A DNA stretch of 32,000 nucleotides from Edaphobacter aggregans (lineage in GTDB: Bacteria; Acidobacteriota; Terriglobia; Terriglobales; Acidobacteriaceae). Both the position numbers and the translations under genes were made by a program. Where the stretch lies: positions 3,660,001 through 3,692,000 of the forward strand of contig NZ_RSDW01000001.1 of assembly GCF_003945235.1 (NCBI RefSeq), in the 5' to 3' direction. Each line of letters begins with the position of its first letter. Position 1 is the stretch's first letter. This document shows, one piece after another, positions 23,214 to 31,807 of the stretch. A model generated the notes under the pieces. The model had not been told where the DNA came from and ran no database searches. It saw only the letters and a program-made list of their open reading frames with translations.

Positions 23214-24122
23214 ATGATTTCATTAGAAGAAACCTTAGATCTGGGTCGTCTAGACGCAGTTGTGTCGTGCCCGGTTTGCTCATCAGCTAATATCTCCCCT
23301 GTTGGTAAGAAGCTGACAATTCATCCGAAAGCTACGAGTCGCTTCTCCATTTTTTCCTGTGACAACTGTGGCCATTGGAGTACCGATCCGCTTCCTCAGC
23401 AGGACTATCTTCTTCAGCTGTACAGCGAAGGTTCTCTCAGCGTCTATGGCGCGGGCTGGCAAAAGGTTGTAAGCGAGCAATTTGAGGCCAAGACCGCTGA
23501 GGAGTGCCTCGGCAAGCACGGTTGGATCGTGGACGCAGAAAGGGCTCGCGAGCCAGGCAATTACCTTGAAATTGGTCCTGGCAATTGCGCTGTGCTTCGT
23601 AGTTTCGAGGCGATGAACTGGAAGTGCCATGCGATCGAGCCTGGGAGCTGGTCGAAAGATAGGCCTGGATTCTATGACAGCATTGCGCAGTTGCCCGACG
23701 TTCAGTTTGATGTGGCGGTGGCTAACGACGTATTAGAACATGTGTCTGATCCACGCGCGCTGTTGTCTGAGGTTTCTCGTGTTCTCAAGCCGGGAGCTCG
23801 CTTCTATTCCTGCTTTCCGAATGCTGACTCTATCAGAGCACGCATTCAGGGGACTAATTGGAGAATGGTTCGACCGATAGGCCACGTCCATTACTTTTCT
23901 AAGCAATCGGCGGCGGGTCTCCTGAAAGGCTGTGGCTACAATGTACGAATGATGCGCACTTATGACCTGCTCATTGATTTGGACTTGGTGGAAATTGCCA
24001 GATCGCTTGCTCATTTACGCGTAAAGTACGCTTGTAAAACAATCGCCGATGTAATGGTATCGGGTACAATATCCGCTTTGGGAGCTGGGGACCAGTGGCG
24101 AGTCGTGGCAATCCGCGATTAG
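23214..24122 (+). CDS. class I SAM-dependent methyltransferase with an N-terminal CxxC...CxxC zinc-ribbon
   Basis: 302-codon ORF. It has CPVCSS...CDNCGH at the N-terminus, motif I YLEIGPGNCAV, and FDVAVANDVLEHVSDPRALLSEVSRVLKPGARF. Confidence 0.8.
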   Translation: MISLEETLDLGRLDAVVSCPVCSSANISPVGKKLTIHPKATSRFSIFSCDNCGHWSTDPLPQQDYLLQLYSEGSLSVYGAGWQKVVSEQFEAKTAEECLGKHGWIVDAERAREPGNYLEIGPGNCAVLRSFEAMNWKCHAIEPGSWSKDRPGFYDSIAQLPDVQFDVAVANDVLEHVSDPRALLSEVSRVLKPGARFYSCFPNADSIRARIQGTNWRMVRPIGHVHYFSKQSAAGLLKGCGYNVRMMRTYDLLIDLDLVEIARSLAHLRVKYACKTIADVMVSGTISALGAGDQWRVVAIRD

Positions 24123-24374
24123 CGGCGATTTGGGTAAGGCCGCTGAGGGAGGTCCCTTGTCAGGCATTCGCGTTGGCCTCATCCCACTCATTCGTCTTGT
24201 TAAGCTTTCTGAGCCGCGAGACGGAACGGCTACCCGGACTGGATCTGCAAATTACGAAATCGTCCTCTTACTTCGTCACGCAGGCTAAGTAACGACTTTT
24301 GATTGTGACGATTGCGTCATACAAATAGAGCAGTCAAGTTCCAGCGACTCACAAACATGGGAGGAGACAGCACG

Positions 24375-25343
24375 ATGGAAAGTTCGGAGCTAAACGCAGC
24401 TCCCCTAGTGAGCGTGGCGATTACTGCGTTCAATTCAGCCAACTGGTTACCACGAGCTCTTGATAGCGTGCTTGCCCAGCGAACTGATTTTCCAATCGAG
24501 ATAGTTATTGGTGATGACTGCTCTCAGGACACAACCCTCGAGGTTGCTCGTTCTTATCGAGAGCGGCATCCAGATGTGATCAGGATATTGGAACGAAGCA
24601 AGAATGTCGGCATTCAGCGCAACTATTATGAGACCTTTGAAACTTGCCGCGGTAAGTTCATTGCATGGCTGGATGGGGATGACTACTGGACGGACCCCGA
24701 GAAATTAGCGATTCAGGTGAAAGCTATGGAATCGGATCCGTCTATAAATCTGTGCGGTCACTATATTCGAGTAGTTTCGAGAGACGGAGAAGTAAAACAA
24801 GATAGATCTCCCTCCATGCCTCCTGGGCGGTATGGACTTGAAGAGATGCTTCACAGCTGCTTTATCCCTAGCCTCTCAGCGATGTTCCGCAATGGTATCC
24901 ACCGTCAGTTGCCGGCGTGGTACTTTGATCTGGCGCCCGTCACTGAGTGGCCGATTTGGGTGTTGGCTGCTCTTTCGGGGAATGTCGTTTTACTGGATCG
25001 CGTAATGGCAGATTACATGCATACGCCGGGCAGCGCCGCCTGGAGTCAGGGAGACCTGTTCAGGGAAACGATGGAAGCAAAATTCTATGAACAGATTGAG
25101 AGCGTCCTTCCGTCGAAGTGGCACAGGCTCGTTCGTGCAGAGAAGGGCAAGCGCTATGAAGCGATGGCATACTTCCTTAGAAAACAGGGGCACTTTCGTG
25201 CATCGCGAGAGGCGGCGTTGAAGGCATTTCGCTCGCCACTTCTCCTGGACAGCGTGGGCAGCAAGACGAAGGCGCTGTTTGCTGCTGTAGTGCGCGAAAC
25301 GGAGTGGAGATTTCGGCGTCGGCGGATTGCGGACTCAATGTAG
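24375..25343 (+). CDS. glycosyltransferase family 2 (GT-A)
   Basis: The ORF is open from 24312. The ATG at 24375 is preceded by GGGAGGAG (24359..24366, 8-nt spacing). GT2 signatures are PLVSVAITAFNSANWLPRALDSVLAQ...IVIGDDCSQDTT and WLDGDDYW (DxD). Confidence 0.85.
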   Translation: MESSELNAAPLVSVAITAFNSANWLPRALDSVLAQRTDFPIEIVIGDDCSQDTTLEVARSYRERHPDVIRILERSKNVGIQRNYYETFETCRGKFIAWLDGDDYWTDPEKLAIQVKAMESDPSINLCGHYIRVVSRDGEVKQDRSPSMPPGRYGLEEMLHSCFIPSLSAMFRNGIHRQLPAWYFDLAPVTEWPIWVLAALSGNVVLLDRVMADYMHTPGSAAWSQGDLFRETMEAKFYEQIESVLPSKWHRLVRAEKGKRYEAMAYFLRKQGHFRASREAALKAFRSPLLLDSVGSKTKALFAAVVRETEWRFRRRRIADSM

Positions 25344-25417
25344 TGGCCGTTGTCCGATCTCTTGGCTAAGACTTCAGTTCGTAGTCAATGGATATGCGGT
25401 CGGTTCCCAGGATCAGG

Positions 25418-26137
25418 TTACGATTTATCCGTCGTAGCTTTAGGGAGTTCCGTATTGATCTCGAGGCCGCTTTGAGCGGCTTGGTGAAGATTTCCGAGAT
25501 CTTCAGTTGAAAAAGGATCAATCGTGTTATTCACATAACCGACAGAACCGGCGGTCGAAACAACCTTGCCAGGGTTCCCTACAATGACGGCTGAACTGGG
25601 TACGTCAAAGTTGACATAAGCACCTGGAGCGATAAGTGCATCGTGTCCAATGGTCACTTTCCCAACGATAATCGCATTTGCGCCCACCCAGACTCGATCC
25701 TCTAGGGTGGGTGCCCCCTTACGCGAGCCCCGGCTCGTGGCTCCGATAGTGACTCCCTGTGCAATGTTAACGTTGGCTCCTAAAATCGCGTGAGGACTGA
25801 TGACGACTCCTCCAAAGTGCCCAATGAATAAACCTGGGCCAATGTCAGTGGTAGGGGAGATGTCAAAGCCATACTTGAAGCGATAGTGATGAAGCTGGAT
25901 TCGGTTGTAAATATAGGGAAAGATGCCGAAGGATTTCTTTCGCTTGCTATAGAAGGCAACTTTGCGCAGATAGTACGTAAAGCGAAAACCCGGCTCGCGA
26001 ATATATGCTGACAGAAAAGCGCGTGTATTTGCTTGTCCGCGGTAACGGTAAACATCAGCTTGTAACGTTTGCCAAAGCGTAGAGGCCAATCTTAGCTCCT
26101 TCTTTTCGAGGCTTTTGGTCAGTGTGATCCGGCGCAC
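25418..26137 (-). CDS. hexapeptide-repeat (LbH) O-acetyltransferase, serine acetyltransferase/WcaB-like
   Basis: 239-codon ORF with a GTG start at 26137 and no internal Met. It has left-handed beta-helix hexapeptides (ILGANVNIAQGVTIG, VWVGANAIIVGKVTIGHDALIAPGAYV) and a CysE/WcaB-type N-terminal helical region. Confidence 0.85.
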   Translation of the reverse strand: MRRITLTKSLEKKELRLASTLWQTLQADVYRYRGQANTRAFLSAYIREPGFRFTYYLRKVAFYSKRKKSFGIFPYIYNRIQLHHYRFKYGFDISPTTDIGPGLFIGHFGGVVISPHAILGANVNIAQGVTIGATSRGSRKGAPTLEDRVWVGANAIIVGKVTIGHDALIAPGAYVNFDVPSSAVIVGNPGKVVSTAGSVGYVNNTIDPFSTEDLGNLHQAAQSGLEINTELPKATTDKS

Positions 26138-26248
26138 ACGTGATCTACCTTTGTGTCATTGGCACTGTTTGTGCTGTGGTCTAGTATTGTAATTTAGCTA
26201 TCGCAATCAGCATAACGCGAGTTAGACATATGCTTGCCTGTTGAATTG

Positions 26249-27034
26249 ATGTCGAAGGAACAGATGCAACATCCCTTGCGGAAACTTTATCTTCTGTATC
26301 ACGAGCTGCGACCCAACAGCAGCAAGTACTCGTACGCCCTTGAGGCCAGAGTGTTTGAGCAACATATGGATCTTTTTGTTCAAGTGCGGGAGGCAACGGA
26401 TTCGGGGCTATATCCCGAGATAACTTTTGATGATGGACATATTTCGAACTCTGAGTTCGCCCTACCCATTCTGCAATCGCGAGGCCTGAAGGCGCACTTC
26501 TTTATTACCGTGGGCTGGACGGGGAAGAGAGCTGGCTATATGGACTGGCCAGAGCTCAGAGCTCTTCATCAGGGCGGTCAGTTGATCGGTGCTCATGGAT
26601 GGACGCATACGCTCCTTACTCATTGCAGCGTCAAGGATCTACAGACAGAGCTGGGTAATGCGAGACTGACGCTTGAGGATAAGCTGGGAACATCTATTAC
26701 TACAATGTCCCTTCCAGGAGGCCGCTACAATCGCCGAGTCATCACGGCCTGCCAGGAAGCAGGCTACACAGAGATCTACACCTCTATTCCAAGAGCCGAG
26801 ACGGCGCCGCTGGGCCCAATGATTGGTCGGTTGAATATTCGCGGGAATATGAATCTCGAATTTATTGCCAAAGTCCTTCGACCCGACAGTAATGTTCTGT
26901 CGAGCCTGGAACGTCAATATCAGATAAAGGCAACCGCGAAAACTCTACTCGGAGACCGGCTGTATGAAAAACTTTGGGCGCTTCTGAATAGAAAAGAACA
27001 CGATACCGATGGCGGCTGGGCTACTGCTGAATGA
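26249..27034 (+). CDS. polysaccharide deacetylase (CE4 / NodB homology domain)
   Basis: CE4 motifs are ITFDDGH, HGWTH and SLPGGRYN. The start is ambiguous: TTG at 26234, ATG at 26249, or ATG at 26264 (AAGGA 4 nt upstream). Confidence 0.85.
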   Translation: MSKEQMQHPLRKLYLLYHELRPNSSKYSYALEARVFEQHMDLFVQVREATDSGLYPEITFDDGHISNSEFALPILQSRGLKAHFFITVGWTGKRAGYMDWPELRALHQGGQLIGAHGWTHTLLTHCSVKDLQTELGNARLTLEDKLGTSITTMSLPGGRYNRRVITACQEAGYTEIYTSIPRAETAPLGPMIGRLNIRGNMNLEFIAKVLRPDSNVLSSLERQYQIKATAKTLLGDRLYEKLWALLNRKEHDTDGGWATAE

Positions 27035-28188
27035 AGATCCTGCACATCATTAGCAGCGGAGGAATGTACGGCGCGGAAGCTGTCATTCTGAATATGTCGC
27101 GAGCTCTCAATGAGAGTGGTCATAACAGCGTGCTTGGCGTTTTCTCAAACTCTTCGAATCCAAATACTCAGCTTCATGAAGGGGCCGCGAAAGAGGGCAT
27201 CGAATCCCATCTGATTCCCTGCAAAGGGCAAATGGATCGGACAGTACTTACAAGCATCCGCGAGCTTGCATCTCGAACGAACGCAGATGTCATTCATGCT
27301 CATGGCTATAAGGCAGATATTTACCTCTACTCTGCAATGCGAATGGGGGGAGTGCCGTTAGTCTCCACCTGTCACACCTGGTATGACAATGATCCTTTCG
27401 TCTTCTTATATGGTGTAGCGGATCGTTTTGTGCTGCGAAACTATGCGGCAGTTGTGGCTGTCTCAGATGAAGTCAAACAGAGATTACTGAAAGCCGGAGT
27501 CCGCAAAGAGAAAATTCACCTGATTCGAAACGGAATTGACCTTCGTCCGTTCGATAACGCCCGCCCCACTCTTCGCGGAGATTCGACAGGAGATGCTGCT
27601 CTCATTATTGGATTGGTTGGGCGTTTGTCCAAGGAGAAGGGAGTCGATCTTTTTATACGTGCAGCTGCCCGCGCCCTGGTCGAGTTCCCGCGCGCGAGAT
27701 TTTTGGTCCTCGGTGAAGGGCCGGATCGAGATAAGCTGGAGTCCTTGATCGATGAGCTTAATATTGGGGATAGCCTTCAACTCCTGGGCCAACTCGATAA
27801 TATGCCGTCGATATATGCTTCACTGGATCTCATGGTTTCGGCATCGCGACAGGAAGGACTGCCCATAGCGATTCTGGAGGGGATGGCCAGCAGGCTTCCG
27901 GTGATTGCAACCGCCGTAGGTGATGTGCCGACCGTTGTGCTGGATGGCCGAACAGGAGTGCTTGTATCTGCTGAAAATATTGAAGCGCTCTCTGCAGGAA
28001 TCATAGAGCTGCTGCGGGATACTGCAAAGTGCAAGCGCCTCGGAGTGGCGGCGAGACAGTTCATCGAAAAAGAGTTTTCTGCCGAACGAATGACAACGGA
28101 TTATCTCCGTGTGTATGAATCTGCAAGCCGAACGAGCAAGGCAAGGCGATTTGAAGCTACTCGGCCTCTCGGAGAGAAAACGAAGTGA
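27031..28188 (+). CDS. glycosyltransferase family 4 (GT-B)
   Basis: 385-codon ORF with an ATGA overlap with the deacetylase stop. It has MKILHIISSGGMYGAE and SRQEGLPIAILEGMASRLPVIATAVGDVPTVVLDGRTGVLV. Confidence 0.9.
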   Translation: MKILHIISSGGMYGAEAVILNMSRALNESGHNSVLGVFSNSSNPNTQLHEGAAKEGIESHLIPCKGQMDRTVLTSIRELASRTNADVIHAHGYKADIYLYSAMRMGGVPLVSTCHTWYDNDPFVFLYGVADRFVLRNYAAVVAVSDEVKQRLLKAGVRKEKIHLIRNGIDLRPFDNARPTLRGDSTGDAALIIGLVGRLSKEKGVDLFIRAAARALVEFPRARFLVLGEGPDRDKLESLIDELNIGDSLQLLGQLDNMPSIYASLDLMVSASRQEGLPIAILEGMASRLPVIATAVGDVPTVVLDGRTGVLVSAENIEALSAGIIELLRDTAKCKRLGVAARQFIEKEFSAERMTTDYLRVYESASRTSKARRFEATRPLGEKTK

Positions 28189-29387
28189 ACGGAAGCATCC
28201 ATCGGCCCAGGATTTTCATGATGGATATGTTGGCGACGGTGCCATACTACACCGCATATCTTGCCAAGGCGCTGCTACTGGAGCACGTCGATGTAACTGT
28301 CGGATCGATCTCCTACTATCTGGATCCCAGTTGCTTCTCGAGTCGTGGAATTGAGATCGATCCGGGGTTGCTCGATGTAGTGGGCAAGTTTCATTTATCC
28401 CGGCTGCCGCGCCGAATCTTAAAGTTGATTGAGGCGATTCTGAATCTTTCTGCACTGAGCATTCGCTTTCTGGTCGCTGCTCCTCCCGATGTAATTCATG
28501 TGCAATATCTGCCAATGCTCATGTGGCGGGTTCCACTCGATCTGTGGTTTGTTGAATTCTGCCGAAAGCGGGGTTCGAAGACTGTGCTGACAGTTCACGA
28601 TCTACTACCCCACGATACCGGTGAGGCATACAAGCAGACCTTCCATGATCTCTATCGTATGGTCGACAGGATTATCTGCCACTCTGACCACATCCGCGCA
28701 AGGCTTGGTGCGGAATTTAGTGTGCCTGAAGAAAAGATAGCTGTTATTCCACATGGTCCATTCTTCTATGATCTTCCTGCAGTGGGTTCCGAACAGACGT
28801 TGCAGAATTTTCAGATTGGGCCCGATAAAGTTACGATCCTGTGGCAGGGAATTATCTTTCCATACAAAGGGATAGATCTCCTGCTGGATGCCTGGCAAAA
28901 AGTCGAGGAAAATACCCAGGACGCTTGCCTTGTCGTTGCCGGTACAGGAGCACCAGAGTTGCTTGAGCAGATTCGCGAACAAGTCAAACAACTTGATCTG
29001 AAGCGGGTGAAGCTTCACTTTCGGTTCATCTCCACCGAAGATTTGGTGGCTCTATATCGAGTGGCGGACGTTGTCGTTTATCCCTATCGTGCGATTACAA
29101 CCAGTGGTGCGCTTGCGACAGGGCTGGCTCTGGGAAAAGCTATTGTCGCTAGCGATCTACCAGTCTTTCGTGAGTTGCTGACGGATCGAGAGAATGCGCT
29201 GCTGGTTGATCCACAAGATTCCCTTAAGCTTGCGGGGGCACTGATTGAGCTGACTCAGGATGCAGCCTTGCGGGAGCGGCTTGCTGGTAAGGTGCGCCAG
29301 ATGAACTTCGGTGACCACTCGTGGCACTCCATCGCCAGGAAGACCATGCAAGCCTATGAGAGTGTTTTGCTTTATCCGCTCTCTTAG
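28185..29387 (+). CDS. GT-B fold glycosyltransferase (GT4-like, divergent EX7E region)
   Basis: 400-codon ORF with a GTGA overlap with the upstream stop. It has VLTVHDLLPHD and a C-terminal YPYRAITTSGALATGLALGKAIVASDLPVFRELLTDRENALLV. The acidic residues of the canonical EX7E are replaced. Confidence 0.8.
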   Translation: MNGSIHRPRIFMMDMLATVPYYTAYLAKALLLEHVDVTVGSISYYLDPSCFSSRGIEIDPGLLDVVGKFHLSRLPRRILKLIEAILNLSALSIRFLVAAPPDVIHVQYLPMLMWRVPLDLWFVEFCRKRGSKTVLTVHDLLPHDTGEAYKQTFHDLYRMVDRIICHSDHIRARLGAEFSVPEEKIAVIPHGPFFYDLPAVGSEQTLQNFQIGPDKVTILWQGIIFPYKGIDLLLDAWQKVEENTQDACLVVAGTGAPELLEQIREQVKQLDLKRVKLHFRFISTEDLVALYRVADVVVYPYRAITTSGALATGLALGKAIVASDLPVFRELLTDRENALLVDPQDSLKLAGALIELTQDAALRERLAGKVRQMNFGDHSWHSIARKTMQAYESVLLYPLS

Positions 29388-29410
29388 AGAGAGGTTTTCT
29401 CGTCGCAGGT

Positions 29411-29469
29411 CAAAAAGAAATTAGGCGTGTACCCTTGTTCGGAAGAAGCAGAACAAAGAGGCACACGCC
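29411..29469 (-). terminator. rho-independent-type terminator of the TPR lipoprotein gene (possibly bidirectional)
   Basis: An imperfect 16-bp stem (29424..29440 with 29451..29469; 1 mismatch, 2 bulges; 10-nt loop). On the - strand it is followed by UAAUUUCUUUUUG (the complement of 29411..29423). It lies between the convergent stops at 29387 and 29510. Confidence 0.5.
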
Positions 29470-29509
29470 CAATTGCATCATGTTGAAAGATACCCACGGT
29501 TCTGATGAG

Positions 29510-31807
29510 CTAGCTCAGGGAACTAAGCGCCTTTTCAGCATCTTTTGATGTCTGACTGTTGGGCGCCAGGGCGACAGCCTTCTTCAGATGATTCACAGCG
29601 TCTGCGGTGTTCGAGAGTTTTGAGTAGGTCATTCCAAGGTGATAATGTACCGCGGCGTCATTTGGCGAAACCTTCACTGCGTCTTCCAGCAAGTCCCTTG
29701 CGGAGGTGTAATTTCCTTTCTGGTAATAGACCCACGCCAACGTGTCAGCCGTGCTGGGTGAGTCAGGCATCGCTCGGCGAGCAATCTGAGCAAGGGAGAG
29801 AGCAACGTCGGTATTCTGTCCGCCTTCCACCATCAGGTAAGCGAGGTTGTTGGCCGCGACTGGCTGTTCGGGTTGGATCTTGAGGGCTGCCTTGTAATAA
29901 TCGATGGCTTTGCCCTGATCTCCGCGTGCTTCTTCAAGCGCACCCAGGATGGTATTTGCTTGTGCGTCGCTGGGGTGGGTCTTAAGCCATTGTTGCCAGG
30001 TGTCGATTGCTTTTGCGGGGTCTCCATGGCTGAGAGTTGCACGGGTGTAGACCATCAAAGCGGCACCGTTGTTTGGATTGAGCTGCATCGCCTTTTGGGC
30101 CGAGGCTGTGCCCGCGTTTATGTCACCGGTCTGAAGCTGCAGCTCAGCGAGCATGGTGTACATATCTGCGTTCTGCGGGACTTTGGCGATCTGCTGCTGA
30201 ATACGATCAATGGCCTTGGCTGGCTGCTTCTCAACCAGCATGGTGTAGACAAGCAGGCGCATGGCGCGAGCGGAGTTTGGGTCGTTGGTGAGTGCCTGCT
30301 CGAGGAGAGCCTTGGCTTCGGGAATATTCTTCTGAGTCAAACGAAGCTCTGCCAGGGACAAGGGAGCGAGAGCGTTTTTGGGGTCGAGTTTCATGGCCTG
30401 CTTGAAATCGGCCTCTGTCTTGTCGTACTGTTTCTGATTCCCTTCTGACATCCCTCTCCAAATGTAAGGATTCGCGAGCTGCGGGTTGATGGCGATGGCG
30501 GCCTCCGCAGCCTGTGCTAGAAGCCCGAAGTCGCGGGCATCGAGGGCGGCCTGAGCGAGACCCTCCTGGGCCTGGAAGTTTCTCGGGTTGAGCTTTACAG
30601 CGTCGCGAAAGCTCTGAAGGGCAACGGTCTGATCGCCCTTCATGCGAGCGGCGCGGCCCAGCCAAATCTTGACCTGAACGTTCTCGGGGTTGTTCTTCGC
30701 AGACTTCTGCAGGAGGTTGAAGGCTTCAGTTGCCTTGTTATCGTTCAAGAGGAGCATGGCGTTGAGAACTGCAACGTCGGGGTCGCCCGCGTCGGTTTTT
30801 TCAAGATCGTCAGCGATGGGCTTGGCCTTCGCCACGTCCTTTTTCATGAGCAGGATGCGGGCATAGGCCAGCTTGAGTTGCGTGCTCTTAGGATGTTTGG
30901 CGACAAGATCAGCGTAGGCCGGCTCGGCACGATCCAGCTGCTGGGTGCTGATGTAGTAGCTCTCAAGAAGGTTAGCCCCGACCGGTGAGTCGCTGAGATC
31001 GTCGGCTGTTTGCCGGAAGGTCTCTTCGGCCTTGGCCTTGTCACCTTGGCGGAGATATATATGGCCGAGGTTGGCGCGTGCGCTGACATTTTTGGGGTCG
31101 GCTGTGACGGCGGCTTGCATCGCTTGCAAGGCTCCGGACAGGTCACCCTTTCTCTCGAGCAATGCGGCGAGCGCTATGTGAGAAGTGGCGTTCTTCGGAT
31201 CGAGTGAGACGGCCTTGTTGAGTTGCTCTTCGGCAGCAGGTTCTGTGGCGGGATCAGAGGCCTGGAGAAGGCCAAGCGCGGTGTGAAAGTTGGCCCGGTT
31301 CGGGTCGATGGAGAGGGCGTGTTGAATCTGGGAGAGGGCTTCGGCGCGATCTCCCTTGGTGGCGGCTATGCTCGAGAGAAGGGCATAGGCGTCGGCGTTG
31401 TTGCTGTCGATCGCCAGTACAGCCTTTGCCTGTTCGGCTGCACGGTCAGGCTGGCGGCCGGCCAAAAGCATGTTGCCGAGGTCGATCCGAGCCTGGGTAT
31501 TGCTGGACTGCAGGTCGACTGTGCGGAGAAGCTCGGCGTAGGCGGGCAGCATATTGCCCTGTTTGACATAAACTTTGGCCAACTCATAGTGGGCCGCAGC
31601 GAAGTTATGATCGACCCTGAGAGCGTTGGAGAACTGGATGGCCGCTTCCTTCAACTTATTGTCGGCAGCGTACCGTTTGCCGCTCTCAAGATACTTCTGT
31701 TTTTGCTTGTTGGGGTCGCGCGAACAACCAACGGTAAGCCCCAAGGCGATCGAGACAGCAAGTACCGCAGAAACCCGGAACCATCGTGGAGCTAATTGCA
31801 TTTTCAT
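29510..31807 (-). CDS. TPR-repeat lipoprotein, PEP-CTERM-system PrsT-like
   Basis: 765-codon ORF. The signal MKMQLAPRWFRVSAVLAVSIALGLTVGC has a lipobox, followed by TPR units almost end to end. The N-terminal segment YLESGKRYAADNKLKEAAIQFSNALRVDHNFAAAHYELAKVY resembles PrsT (TIGR02917), but this protein is shorter than I recall for that family. TPR lipoprotein is confident; PrsT is tentative. Confidence 0.8.
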   Translation of the reverse strand: MKMQLAPRWFRVSAVLAVSIALGLTVGCSRDPNKQKQKYLESGKRYAADNKLKEAAIQFSNALRVDHNFAAAHYELAKVYVKQGNMLPAYAELLRTVDLQSSNTQARIDLGNMLLAGRQPDRAAEQAKAVLAIDSNNADAYALLSSIAATKGDRAEALSQIQHALSIDPNRANFHTALGLLQASDPATEPAAEEQLNKAVSLDPKNATSHIALAALLERKGDLSGALQAMQAAVTADPKNVSARANLGHIYLRQGDKAKAEETFRQTADDLSDSPVGANLLESYYISTQQLDRAEPAYADLVAKHPKSTQLKLAYARILLMKKDVAKAKPIADDLEKTDAGDPDVAVLNAMLLLNDNKATEAFNLLQKSAKNNPENVQVKIWLGRAARMKGDQTVALQSFRDAVKLNPRNFQAQEGLAQAALDARDFGLLAQAAEAAIAINPQLANPYIWRGMSEGNQKQYDKTEADFKQAMKLDPKNALAPLSLAELRLTQKNIPEAKALLEQALTNDPNSARAMRLLVYTMLVEKQPAKAIDRIQQQIAKVPQNADMYTMLAELQLQTGDINAGTASAQKAMQLNPNNGAALMVYTRATLSHGDPAKAIDTWQQWLKTHPSDAQANTILGALEEARGDQGKAIDYYKAALKIQPEQPVAANNLAYLMVEGGQNTDVALSLAQIARRAMPDSPSTADTLAWVYYQKGNYTSARDLLEDAVKVSPNDAAVHYHLGMTYSKLSNTADAVNHLKKAVALAPNSQTSKDAEKALSSLS

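Noticed and set aside
29873-31795. Two ~190-codon + strand ORFs (29873..30448, 31223..31795) antisense to the TPR lipoprotein gene.
   Set aside because: They are shadow ORFs of a GC-rich, Ala/Leu-rich repeat gene, with low-complexity Gly/Val-rich products.
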